Assembly (NCBI GenBank): GCA_965223415.1
Contig: OZ245002.1
Coordinates: 3,712,001 to 3,776,000 of the forward strand
Direction of reading: 5' to 3'
DNA: 64,000 nucleotides
Source: Myxococcota bacterium
Lineage (GTDB): Bacteria; Myxococcota_A; UBA9160; UBA6930
Positions within the stretch are counted from its first letter, which is position 1; each line of letters starts with the position of its first letter. A program made the position numbers and the translations under genes. Shown piece by piece: positions 9,307-18,440 of this stretch. The notes beneath the pieces were generated by a model. That model was not told the origin of the DNA. It worked only from the letters and a program-made list of their open reading frames with translations, and did not search any database.

Positions 9307-10510
9307 TGGAGTTGCCCCGCTTCCGTGGGCGGTGAAGTGCTGAAGTCTCAGGTTCCCGTGGAGTGGTGCCTTTCGTACTCGATGGGCGAGGCATAGGCCA
9401 GGCCCGAGTGCCGCCGGTGCGGGTTGTACCAGCCCTCGATGAAGTCGAAGACGGCCATCCGCGCCTCCGCCTGGGCGCGGAAACGTCTCTGGTCGAGCAG
9501 CTCGCACTCGAGCGTCGCGAAGGAGCTCTCGCGCAGGGCGTCGTCGTAGCAGTCCGCCACGGATCCCATCGACGGCCGAGCACCCGCCTCCTGGCACCGA
9601 AGGCCGAACGCGATCGAGGTGTACTGCGTGCCTTGGTCCGAGTGATGGATCACCGCCTTCGGCCTTCGCTGCCAGAGCGCGATGTTCAAGGTGTCAAGCA
9701 CGAGCTCCGTGCGCAGGTGTGTGGCCATGGCCCAGCCGACGACTCTCCCGCTCCACGCATCCTCGGCGACGGCCAGGTAGAGGAACCCCGCCCAGGTCGG
9801 GACATACGTGATGTCGGCGACCCAAAGCCGGTCGGGCCCACCCGCCGAGAAGTCCCGCTCGACCAGATCCGGGGCTGTCGCGCATCGCGACCCCGCTCTG
9901 TGGTCCAGCCTTCCTGCGCAGGCTGGCGCCCTCGAGGCCGGCCCTCCGCATCAGCCGGGCCACGCGCTTGCGGCCCACCCGCGTCCCCCTCGCCGCGAGC
10001 TCGGCGTGGACCAGGGGAACGCCATAGGTCCCACGGGATCGCCCGTGGATCGCCTCGATCTCCCCTTGGAGCGCGGCGTCGGACCGCGATCGCGCCGAGG
10101 GCTCGCGGCTCCGCCAGGCGTAGTACCCGCTGGGGGAGACCTCCAGCATCAGGCGCATCGTCGGAACGGCGTACTGCGGCCTGGTGCTCACTCACGAACT
10201 CGACCGCCCGCGGGGCGTCGAACCCGTCTCCTCGGCGAACCAGGCCGCGGCTTTCTTCAGGATCTCCTTCTCCTCGCGGAGCACCCAGTTCTCCCGCCGC
10301 AGCTCCTCCCGCTGGTCCGTCGTCAGGCCATCCGTGCGAACGCCTTCATCCCGCTCGGCCTGGCGCACCCAGTTCGAGATCGACTGCGCCGAGGGCTCGA
10401 ACTCCCGACTCAGGGACTCGGGTGTACGGCCGGCTCGAACCAGCTCGACCATCCGCCGTCGGAACTCCGGCGGATACCGGGGGGCGGGGCATTCCCATCG
10501 TGGACTCTCC
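9307..10510 (-). mobile_element. IS3-family insertion sequence, decayed (frameshifted orfA and orfB)
   Basis: orfA YPPEFRRRMVELVRAG...EILKKAAAWFA; orfB fragments VSPSGYYAW, HHSDQGTQY, YIEG-like FIEGWYNPHRRHS in different frames; IR-like tggagttgccccgcttccgtgg at 9307; opposite IR not found. Confidence 0.9.
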
Positions 10511-10526
10511 TCTCCCTCCTCGCCGC

Positions 10527-10544
10527 GTGTGAACTGGTTCACAC
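10527..10544. promoter_or_regulatory. Palindrome containing a perfect CRP-type box
   Basis: gTGTGAactggtTCACAc = TGTGA-N6-TCACA, about 80 bp upstream of the metacaspase ATG. Confidence 0.5.
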
Positions 10545-10621
10545 CTCCTGTATTCGGACGGGTGTACCTAGGGACTGAACCCAGTTGCGATGTGGAGTCA
10601 ACCGCATTCGGAGGAATCGCG

Positions 10622-11482
10622 ATGACCGAGCAAAGGGCGAAGGGACTCTCCCTCAACATCGGCCTCAACGAAGTAGACCCCAACCACTACGGCGGGTGGT
10701 CGGGACCGCTGAACGCGTGCGAAGCGGATGCCGAAGACATGACCGACCTCGCTGCGTCCCAAGGATTCGAGACGACAACGATCCTGACCGCCGCAGCAAC
10801 GCGTTCTGCAGTGATCAATGGAATCGAAAACGCGGCATCGGCGTGCGAGAAAGGCGACATCTTCTTCCTCTCGTACTCGGGCCATGGCGGACAGGTCCCG
10901 GACTTTGGCGACGACGACGAGGAAGACAACCAGGACGAGACCTGGTGTCTCTTCGACGGCCAGCTGATCGACGACGAGCTGTTCGAGCTGTGGGCACAGT
11001 TCGCTCCCGGCGTTCGAGTGCTCGTCCTCTCGGACAGCTGCCACAGTGGTTCGGTGATCAAGGTGGCGCGAGACGGCACGCAGTCCATCCAGAACGTGAG
11101 CGATCCCCTGCCGGTGGGCACGGAGGCGATTCCGTATCGGGTTATGCCTCCCGACAAGGCAAGGCAGACGGTCCGGCAGAACCGCGAGTTCTATCGCGAC
11201 ATCGCGGGAAAACTCCCCGACCAGCCCTCCCCGATCCAGGCGACGGTCCGGTTGATCTCTGGCTGCCAGGACAATCAATTAAGCCTCGACGGCACGTTCA
11301 ACGGGCTGTTCACGGGGACGCTGCTCAAGGTCTGGAACGACGGCGCGTTCAGGCGCAACTACGCGCGTTTCCATGCATCGATCCTGTCGCGAATGCCGTC
11401 CGACCAGTCTCCGAACCACATGGTGATCGGCGCGCCGAATCCCGACTACGATGAGCAGAAGCCGTTCACGATCAACCCGTAG
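10622..11482 (+). CDS. Metacaspase / caspase-family cysteine protease (peptidase C14)
   Basis: GGAGG RBS then ATG 10622; LNIGLN, YSGHGGQ (His), DETW...IDDEL, SDSCHSG (Cys), ISGCQDNQ; no signal peptide. Confidence 0.93.
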   Translation: MTEQRAKGLSLNIGLNEVDPNHYGGWSGPLNACEADAEDMTDLAASQGFETTTILTAAATRSAVINGIENAASACEKGDIFFLSYSGHGGQVPDFGDDDEEDNQDETWCLFDGQLIDDELFELWAQFAPGVRVLVLSDSCHSGSVIKVARDGTQSIQNVSDPLPVGTEAIPYRVMPPDKARQTVRQNREFYRDIAGKLPDQPSPIQATVRLISGCQDNQLSLDGTFNGLFTGTLLKVWNDGAFRRNYARFHASILSRMPSDQSPNHMVIGAPNPDYDEQKPFTINP

Positions 11483-12692
11483 GATCAAACCCCTCAGGTC
11501 GAAGCCGTGGGCGTTCCTCGCCTACATCGGGGGTGACAACGACCTGAGCGACTACGGGCTACGCGATCTTGAAGAGCTGTGCAGGGAGGGGGCCGCTCCC
11601 TCCCTGCACGTGGGCGTGGAGATCGATACCCACGGTGAGCACGAGGGCTCGGTGAGGTATCAGATCACCCAGCCAGACGAGACCGGCGAGAGCTTCCGGA
11701 TGGTGGTCGAGCGACTTCGAGAGCGCGACAGCGGGAGCCCCAAGACCCTTGAGGACTTCCTCCGCTGGGGCTGCGGCCGATTCACCGCCGACGAGTACAT
11801 CATCGTGATCGGCGGCCACGGGACCGGCTTTCGGCGTCGCTCCCGCAACGTGGGCTTCGACGATTTCGGCTCGTCACTCGACATGCCCGACATCCGCAAG
11901 GTCCTTCAGCGCTGTGGATTCAAAGGGGGCTCGCCCCTCTCCATTCTCGCCTTCGACGCCTGCCTGATGAACATGCTTGAGATCGTTCATCACTTCCGCG
12001 GCCACGTCCGGTACATCGTCGGCTCGCAACAAACGGAGCCGGCAGATGGCTGGCCCTACGATCGGGTGCTGGCAGGAATCAAGGCAGTGCCCAAGGGGAA
12101 GGGCGGCGCGAGAAGAATCGCAAGGCGGCTCGTTCAGGAGTACAGGGACTTCTACGAAGATGTTCTCGTCCAGAACATCACGCAGTCGTCGATTGAGCTC
12201 TCCAAGACAGAAGCCGCAGTCCAGGCGTTGAGCGGGCTCGGCAACACCCTCAGAAGAGAGATCGGTGCCATCTACCGTGAGCTCCGCGAGGTTCGCGGCC
12301 GGGTTCAGTCCTTCGAAATGAGCGACTACGTTGACCTGGTGCATTTCGCCGAAGAGCTCGCGAATCACGCACTCAATCGATCCAACCAAGTGGGCGTGCG
12401 TCCGAACCGCGGGTTCTGGGAGAGGGTCATGGACGACTCGGAGAAGGTGATCGAGACGACCAACGACGCGATCGTGAGTTTCGAATCCCGGGGACCCAAG
12501 CTCGGAAACGCCAACGGGCTGTCCGTCTGGTTCCCACCGTACGAGAGCCTCTACTACAACAACCGCGCACGGTACATCGAACTCGATTGCAACGGGCGTC
12601 AGCGCACAAAGGGCTGGCTCAACTTCCTGGATGCCTACTTCGCGACGCGTCAAGAGCTGGCGATGGCTCGGCGAGCCGGGCAGGACTCCTAG
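11451..12692 (+). CDS. Clostripain-related cysteine protease (peptidase C11)
   Basis: WAFLAYIGGDNDL, IGGHGTG (His), FDACLM (Cys), GSQQTEPADGWPY, GLSVWFP; overlaps the metacaspase by 32 bp; no signal peptide. Confidence 0.9.
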   Translation: MSRSRSRSTRRIKPLRSKPWAFLAYIGGDNDLSDYGLRDLEELCREGAAPSLHVGVEIDTHGEHEGSVRYQITQPDETGESFRMVVERLRERDSGSPKTLEDFLRWGCGRFTADEYIIVIGGHGTGFRRRSRNVGFDDFGSSLDMPDIRKVLQRCGFKGGSPLSILAFDACLMNMLEIVHHFRGHVRYIVGSQQTEPADGWPYDRVLAGIKAVPKGKGGARRIARRLVQEYRDFYEDVLVQNITQSSIELSKTEAAVQALSGLGNTLRREIGAIYRELREVRGRVQSFEMSDYVDLVHFAEELANHALNRSNQVGVRPNRGFWERVMDDSEKVIETTNDAIVSFESRGPKLGNANGLSVWFPPYESLYYNNRARYIELDCNGRQRTKGWLNFLDAYFATRQELAMARRAGQDS

Positions 12693-12693
12693 C

Positions 12694-12846
12694 ATGCAAC
12701 CAATCGAGCACGTGGTTTTCCGGATGCTTGAGAACCGTTCGTTCGACCAGATGCTGGGTTGTCTACAGAGCGTTCGGTCCAAGATCGATGGCGCTGTGGG
12801 GCAGAGAAGTGATTTCCGGCCTCGTCGGGGTGACTTCTCCCGTTGA
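12694..12846 (+). pseudogene. N-terminal stub of a phospholipase C / AcpA-type phosphoesterase
   Basis: MQPIEHVVFRMLENRSFDQMLG matches the family N-terminal motif IEHVV(x)MxENRSFD; stops after 50 codons beside the attR-like repeat. Confidence 0.75.
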
Positions 12847-12887
12847 CAGGCCTCCCTCTTCGCCATTTTCTCATGTAGGTTCCGGGC

Positions 12888-13376
12888 ATGACCACCATGC
12901 GCAAGTCCCTCGCTCTCTTCCTCGGCCTCGCGGCCCTGAGCGCCGCACCCGCCACCGCGAGCTCCTTCCTCGGATCGGTGCAGGGCAACGTGAACCAGAC
13001 CCACGACCTGCTCGGCTTCTCGAGCATCCAGGACGTGACGGGCCTGGTGCTGCTGGGTGTCTTCGACAGCAGCCAGCAGGACGCGGGCTTCTCCTTCCCG
13101 GCCGGAACGCGGCTCGGCGACCTGACCGGCAGCTTCGCCTTCCAGGGCGGAACGCCGCTCTACTTCACGGTCAAGGCGTCCAACGTGACGGGCCTCTACG
13201 GCTTCATGTCCGTGGGCGGCAACGGCTTCGACACCACCCAGTTCACGCCCGGCCGCGGCCTGTCGGCGATCCGTGTCTGGGGACGCCCGAACCCCGGGAT
13301 CCCCGAGCCGGCCGCCGCGGTGGTCTTCAGCCTCGGCGCCGTCCTCGTGGCGCGTCGGGCCCGCCGGAGCCGCTAG
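12888..13376 (+). CDS. PEP-CTERM-type secreted protein
   Basis: Signal peptide; C-terminal IPEP + hydrophobic helix + RRARRSR. Confidence 0.8.
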   Translation: MTTMRKSLALFLGLAALSAAPATASSFLGSVQGNVNQTHDLLGFSSIQDVTGLVLLGVFDSSQQDAGFSFPAGTRLGDLTGSFAFQGGTPLYFTVKASNVTGLYGFMSVGGNGFDTTQFTPGRGLSAIRVWGRPNPGIPEPAAAVVFSLGAVLVARRARRSR

Positions 13377-14845
13377 GTTCGAGTCGAGGTCGGCCCGGTT
13401 CCGTCCCGCGGGCCGGCGGAGCCCCGCTCCCCTGCCTGCATCTCCGCCAGCGCGTCCAGGTTCCGCGCGTGGTCGTCGCGGTCGATGCCGTAGCGAGAGA
13501 CGATCCAGAGCGCGAGCAGGCACAGCCCGATGTAGGCCGGGAGGAAGAGGGTCGCCAGGTCGAAGCGCACCTCCCAGGTCATCTGCTCGACGCTGCGGAT
13601 GCCGTCGAGGCCCACCAGGGAGACGAGGGTGCCGGCGCCGATGATGCCGCCGGCGGAGACGGCCTTGTTCGCGAAGCCGCGGGCCGCGTAGAAGAGGCCC
13701 TCCGAGCGGCGCTGGGTCGAGACTTCGCTGTCCTCGACGACGTCGGCCATCATCGAGTCGAGCAGCACGGCGCCGACCACCCAGCCTACCACCTCGGCCA
13801 CGATCAAGACCGAGTAGATGCCGAGGGAGAGCCAGCTCCCGATCGCCGGCCAGAAGCCCGCCAGGAGAAGGACGTAGGGCATCGGCACGAGCACGAGGCG
13901 CAGCAGCATCGCCGTGATGGCGGTCCGCGGCTTGCCGAACTGGCGCGCGAAGCGCGGCGCGGCCCAGTAGGCGATCACCGGGGAGGCCAGCACGAAGATG
14001 CCGGTCGTGGCGATCTGGGGGCCGGAGAAGCCGAAGAAGTAGGTCGTGTTGTACAGGTAGAGCGCGGTGCTGAGGCCGGTGGCCACGCCGATCGCGATGC
14101 CGTAGAAGAAGAGAGCCGCGAAGTGCGGGTTGCGCACGGACTGGAAGATCTGGCCGACCTCGCGCCCGATCTCCCGGAAGCGAAAGGTGTCAGTGGGGCG
14201 GGGGAGGGCGGCGGCGGCGCGCTGGGTGCCGAGTGCCGAGACGAGGATCGCGGCGGCGATGGTCAGCGCTCCCACCGTGCCGTAGACGAGGTAGCCCGCG
14301 GGCACGGTCACACCGTAGGCGCCGACCCAGAAGAAGAAGTTCAGGGTGTGGATGCCGTTGCCGCCGTACCAGCCGAAAGCGTGGCGCAGGGCCAGCCACT
14401 TGTTGCGCCGGTCGTAGTCCTGCTCGAGGTCCGGCAGCAGCGCCGTCGAGGGCACCTCGAAGAGCGTCGTGCCGGTGCGGATCAGGAGCGCGAGCACCAG
14501 CACGTACCAGAAGGTCGAGTCGGCATCGAGATCGAAGATCGGGTTGAAGAGCGCGTAGAAGGAGCCCGGCAGCAGCAACAGCGCGGCGTACATGAACGGG
14601 TGGCGGCGGCCGAGGCGCGAGCTCGTCTTGTCCGACCAGTGGCCGAGGAGCAGGTCCGACAGCGCGTCCCAGACCATCGCAATCGCCAGGGCCAGCGAGG
14701 CGAGGTAGCCGGGCACGCCCAGCACCTGGTTCGAGAAGATCAGCAGCAGGTAGCTGAACGCGTTGTCCTTGATCCCGTAGGCGATGGAGGCGGAGCCGTA
14801 GAACCAGAAGACCGGGCGCCGTTCGAGGGGCTCCTCCGCGGGCAC
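13373..14845 (-). CDS. MFS transporter, glycoside-pentoside-hexuronide (GPH) family
   Basis: WDALSDLLLGHWSDK...GRRHPF, MMADVVE...RRSEGLF; about 12 hydrophobic segments. Confidence 0.88.
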   Translation of the reverse strand: MPAEEPLERRPVFWFYGSASIAYGIKDNAFSYLLLIFSNQVLGVPGYLASLALAIAMVWDALSDLLLGHWSDKTSSRLGRRHPFMYAALLLLPGSFYALFNPIFDLDADSTFWYVLVLALLIRTGTTLFEVPSTALLPDLEQDYDRRNKWLALRHAFGWYGGNGIHTLNFFFWVGAYGVTVPAGYLVYGTVGALTIAAAILVSALGTQRAAAALPRPTDTFRFREIGREVGQIFQSVRNPHFAALFFYGIAIGVATGLSTALYLYNTTYFFGFSGPQIATTGIFVLASPVIAYWAAPRFARQFGKPRTAITAMLLRLVLVPMPYVLLLAGFWPAIGSWLSLGIYSVLIVAEVVGWVVGAVLLDSMMADVVEDSEVSTQRRSEGLFYAARGFANKAVSAGGIIGAGTLVSLVGLDGIRSVEQMTWEVRFDLATLFLPAYIGLCLLALWIVSRYGIDRDDHARNLDALAEMQAGERGSAGPRDGTGPTSTRT

Positions 14846-15113
14846 GGCCGGCGTCGATGCATGGGTGGTCAGGGCGGCTCCCCTGGGATGGTGGTCCCGC
14901 AGGGTACCGCGGCCCCGCGGGCGCGGGTTCGGGGGCCGGTCGCAGGCCTGCCGGGCTCTCTACTCGTCGTCACGGGTCGTCCGTAGGCAAACCGCCATGG
15001 CGGCCCGGGCGGTCGCAACCGCCGCTGTCCCACGCGGCGGGCGGGCGTACACGTTCGCGTCGTATCACACACTGCGGATGCGGTCCGGCGTGGTTTCATG
15101 AAGTTGCCGCTCC

Positions 15114-15470
15114 ATGCCTGGCGGTGCGCGCCTGAGACCGGTGATTCTGTTCGCACTGCTCGCGGCGGGAACGGCTGCGGCCCCGTCCTGCCCGGGCGAG
15201 GAAGCCGAGCCGGCGCGCCGCATCGAGACCGGCGACCGCCTTCGCATCCGCGTGCTCCACCATCCGGTCCTCGACGTCCGCGCGGTCCGGGTCGCGTCGG
15301 ACGGTACCGTGGCGGTCCCGCGGGGGCCGCGGGTGAGGGCGGCGGGACTCACGCCGAGCCAGCTCGCGAGCGTCATCGAGACCGCCCTCGATCGCTACGT
15401 CGCCTACCGCGGCGCGGTCGTGCTCGTCCACGTCCTGGGCCCGCCGCCCGCCGAGAGCGGAGGCCCCTAG
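15114..15470 (+). CDS. Short polysaccharide export (Poly_export/Wza domain 1) protein
   Basis: Signal peptide; RIETGDRLRIRV...VASDGTVAVP...VRAAGLTPSQLA; only 118 aa. Confidence 0.7.
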   Translation: MPGGARLRPVILFALLAAGTAAAPSCPGEEAEPARRIETGDRLRIRVLHHPVLDVRAVRVASDGTVAVPRGPRVRAAGLTPSQLASVIETALDRYVAYRGAVVLVHVLGPPPAESGGP

Positions 15471-16279
15471 TGCCGTCGATCGCGGACAATCGGGAACGCT
15501 GGGCATCCGATGCGGGCTGGGATCGGCGCTGCGGCGGCGAGCGCTGGTCCCGCCCGTGGGGCACGAGCGCCATGCAGTGGCGGGTCGGCGTGCTGCCTCG
15601 CATCGAGCCCTGGCTTCCCGCCGAGGTCGCCGTCGAGATCGCGCCCGGCCACGGACGCTTCAGTCGCCATCTGCGCCCGCATTGTGGCTCGCTCACCCTG
15701 GTCGATCTCGATCCCGGCTGTGTCGATGCCTGCCGGCGACGATTCGCCGGGGACGAGGGGGTCAGGTGCCTCCCGGGCGACGGCACCTCGCTTCGCGGCG
15801 TGGCCGACGGCTCCGTGGATCTGGTCTTCAGCTACGACTCGCTGGTCCACGCCGAGACCGATGCCATGAAGGGCTACGTCCGCGAGCTCGCCCGGGTCCT
15901 TCGGCCCGGTGGCGTCGCCTTCCTGCACCACTCGAATCTCGGGGCCCATCGTCGCTACTTCGGAGCCCTCGGGCACGTGCCGCGGGGTGCGCGTCGAGCG
16001 CTCGAGCGGCTGCGCGCTGTCGACCGGGACCGCTGGCGGGCGCCGAGCGTCGACGCGCGATGGATGCGCAACGCCGCCCGGCGCGAAGGGCTCGCCGTCC
16101 CCCTTCAGGAGTGCGTTCCCTGGCGCACCCGGCGCGCCATCGACTGCTTCTCCTGGCTGGAGAAGACCGACGATCACGGCGCGACCCGCGTCGTCGTCCA
16201 CCATCGCTTCATGGACGAGGCGGCGGTGGCCCGGCATCTCGCCTCTCTCGGGGTCGGTGACGAGAGGGGGCGGCCGTGA
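15470..16279 (+). CDS. Class I SAM-dependent methyltransferase
   Basis: VEIAPGHGR, VDLD, DLVFSYDSLVH, RVLRPGG; GTG overlaps the upstream stop. Confidence 0.85.
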   Translation: MPSIADNRERWASDAGWDRRCGGERWSRPWGTSAMQWRVGVLPRIEPWLPAEVAVEIAPGHGRFSRHLRPHCGSLTLVDLDPGCVDACRRRFAGDEGVRCLPGDGTSLRGVADGSVDLVFSYDSLVHAETDAMKGYVRELARVLRPGGVAFLHHSNLGAHRRYFGALGHVPRGARRALERLRAVDRDRWRAPSVDARWMRNAARREGLAVPLQECVPWRTRRAIDCFSWLEKTDDHGATRVVVHHRFMDEAAVARHLASLGVGDERGRP

Positions 16280-17052
16280 GCGGGCCGTCCCTGGTCCTGG
16301 CCGTCCCGTGCTTCGACGAGGCCGCGCGGCTCCCCCATGACACGCTCCTCGCGCTCGTGGGCAAACGCCCGACGCTCCACCTGCTGCTGGTCGACGACGG
16401 GAGCCGCGACGGAACGCTCGCTCTGCTGGAGAGGCTCGCAGCTGCGGCGCCGGAGCAGGTGAGCGTGCTGGCGCTCCCACGCAACCGCGGCAAGGGCGAA
16501 GCGGTGCGCGCGGGCCTCCTTTCCGGCCTCGCCCGGCGCCCGCGCTTCGTCGGGTTCTGGGACGCGGACCTGGCGACGCCGCTGGAGGCGGTCGACGCGC
16601 TCGTCGCCCACCTGGAGCGACACCCCGCGGTGTGGATGGCGATGGGCTCGCGGGTCCGTCTGCTCGGCGGCCAGGTCGAGCGCGGCGCTCTGCGCCACGG
16701 GTTGGGTCGGGCCGCCGCCACAGCGGCGGCGTGGCTCGTCGGCGAGCCGGTCTACGACACCCAGTGCGGCGCCAAGCTGCTGCGAGTCGGCCCGCACATC
16801 CGGCCACTCCTGGAGGAACCCTTCCTCACGCGCTGGACCTTCGACGTCGAGCTTCTGCTGCGCATCGCGGCGGCGCCCGGCGGGGAGCTGCTCCGCTGGC
16901 CCCTGGCGCGGCGGGTTCACGAGGTTCCGCTCTCCCAGTGGCGGGAGGTCGGAGGGAGCCATCTCGGTGTAGGGGCCCTGCTTCGCCTCCCGGTGGACCT
17001 GCTGCGCATCGGGCTCCGCTACGGGCGCGGCGGCCGGAGGGGCGCGCGATGA
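16276..17052 (+). CDS. GT2 glycosyltransferase (polyprenyl-phosphate glycosyltransferase type)
   Basis: VPCFDEA, VDDGSRD, NRGKGEAV, DADL, DTQCGAK, FDVELL. Confidence 0.9.
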   Translation: MSGPSLVLAVPCFDEAARLPHDTLLALVGKRPTLHLLLVDDGSRDGTLALLERLAAAAPEQVSVLALPRNRGKGEAVRAGLLSGLARRPRFVGFWDADLATPLEAVDALVAHLERHPAVWMAMGSRVRLLGGQVERGALRHGLGRAAATAAAWLVGEPVYDTQCGAKLLRVGPHIRPLLEEPFLTRWTFDVELLLRIAAAPGGELLRWPLARRVHEVPLSQWREVGGSHLGVGALLRLPVDLLRIGLRYGRGGRRGAR

Positions 17053-18440
17053 CGTCGCCGTCCTTTCGTCGGGATCTCGCGCTCGTGGCCGCGGTAAGCG
17101 CCCTGGTGCTGTTCTTCGGCCTGGGCAGCGGCAGCCTGCGCGACTGGGACGAGGCGATCTACGCCCAGGTGGCGCGCGAGATGTTCGAGGCCGGCGACTG
17201 GCTCACGCCCCGGCTCGAGGGGCGAAGCTGGTTCCACAAGCCGCCCCTCTACCTGTGGCTCACGATCGCCGGCTATCACGTCTTCGGCGTGGGCGAGCTG
17301 GCGCCGCGGCTCGGATCGGCGCTGGCCGGCATCGCCGCCGTGGTCTTCGTCTTCCTCTTCGGGCGCCAGGCCTTCGGCCGTACCGCCGGCATCGTCGCCG
17401 CGGCTGCGTTCCTCGGCACGCCCCTCCTGCTCAAGCTCGCGAAGACCGGCATGCTCGACGTCCTGCTCACGGCGGCGTTCGCCGGCGCGTTCCTCGCCTG
17501 GTGGCGCTCGGAGCGGGAGCCCCGCTGGCTCCTCGCGGTGGGCGCGGCCCTCGGCGTGGCCGCGCTCACCAAGGGCGCCGCCGCCGGGCTCGGCGTGCTC
17601 GTACTGATGGCGCACCTCGTCGTGGCGGGTCGCTATCGCGTCTTCGCCTGCCCCTGGCTCTGGGGCGGCGTGGCGCTGGCCCTCGCCATCAGCGCGCCCT
17701 GGCACGTCCACCAGCTCGTGTTGCACGGCACGCCCTTCTGGGACGAGTACGTGGGCTATCACGTGATCTCTCGTGCCGGAGGATCGCTGGAAGGCAACAC
17801 GGGTGGGCCCGCGTTCCACCTTGCCGTCCTCGCCGACGAGGGGCGGCCCTGGTCGTGGCTCGCCGCGGTGACGCTTCCCTGGGCCGCCTGGAGCGCCTGG
17901 CGCACGGAGGCGAGCGCGCTCCGGCTGGTCGTGGCGTGGGCCGTCATCGGGCTGCTCCTGCCGAGCCTGATGTCCACCAAGATCGACTGGTACGTGCTGC
18001 CGGCGGTCCCCGCGCTGGCGCTCTCGATCGGCTGGGCCGCGCAAGCCGCGCTGGCAGAGCGTCACCACCCGAGGATCGTGGCCGTCGCGTTGCTGCTGCT
18101 CCTCGTGAGCGTCGCCACGACCAAACGGGTCTGGAACCTCGACTACAGCGGCGACGTGAAGCGCCTGGCCGAGGTCCACGGGCAGTTGGTGGGCCCCAGC
18201 GACAGGCTCTGCGTGTACCGCATGAGCCATCCGGCGCCGCGCTTCTACTTCGAACGGCGGGTGCGCAGCGTTCGCCGCTCGGACGACGAGCGCCTCGCCG
18301 AAATGCGTGCACGCACGCCCCGCCTGGTCTGCATCACGAAGGTACGGTTGCTGGAGGAGCTCACCGTCCTCGGGGCCGAGCCCCTGGCCCGGGAGGGGAA
18401 ACTCGCCCTGGCCGCATTCCCGGGCAGCCCGGAGCGATGA
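17049..18440 (+). CDS. ArnT/PMT-like (GT-C) membrane glycosyltransferase
   Basis: WDEAIYAQVAREM, WFHKPPLY, LTKG; multi-TM; ATGA coupling to the GT2 gene. Confidence 0.88.
   Translation: MTSPSFRRDLALVAAVSALVLFFGLGSGSLRDWDEAIYAQVAREMFEAGDWLTPRLEGRSWFHKPPLYLWLTIAGYHVFGVGELAPRLGSALAGIAAVVFVFLFGRQAFGRTAGIVAAAAFLGTPLLLKLAKTGMLDVLLTAAFAGAFLAWWRSEREPRWLLAVGAALGVAALTKGAAAGLGVLVLMAHLVVAGRYRVFACPWLWGGVALALAISAPWHVHQLVLHGTPFWDEYVGYHVISRAGGSLEGNTGGPAFHLAVLADEGRPWSWLAAVTLPWAAWSAWRTEASALRLVVAWAVIGLLLPSLMSTKIDWYVLPAVPALALSIGWAAQAALAERHHPRIVAVALLLLLVSVATTKRVWNLDYSGDVKRLAEVHGQLVGPSDRLCVYRMSHPAPRFYFERRVRSVRRSDDERLAEMRARTPRLVCITKVRLLEELTVLGAEPLAREGKLALAAFPGSPER

Larger units (their letters stand above)
9139..12867. 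mobile_element. Degenerate genomic islet integrated at the tRNA-Ser 3' end (no integrase left)
   Basis: ccctctccgccatt (9139-9152) recurs as ccctcttcgccatt (12854-12867); interior looks less GC-rich by eye and holds an IS remnant and a truncated gene. Confidence 0.72.

Noticed and set aside
9307..10510. Active IS3 with a programmed -1 frameshift
   Set aside because: Extra frameshifts in orfB, orfA start out of frame and one terminal repeat missing, so it is a remnant.
10184..10621. N-terminal extension of the metacaspase in the ORF track (432 aa)
   Set aside because: The extension is antisense IS3 orfA sequence; the GGAGG RBS supports ATG 10622.
14986..15045. GGCAAACC...GGTCGCAACC resembling a c-di-GMP-I riboswitch upstream of the polysaccharide export gene
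   Set aside because: Lacks the GNRA tetraloop and the GACGCAAAG consensus; needs an Infernal search against Rfam before any claim.
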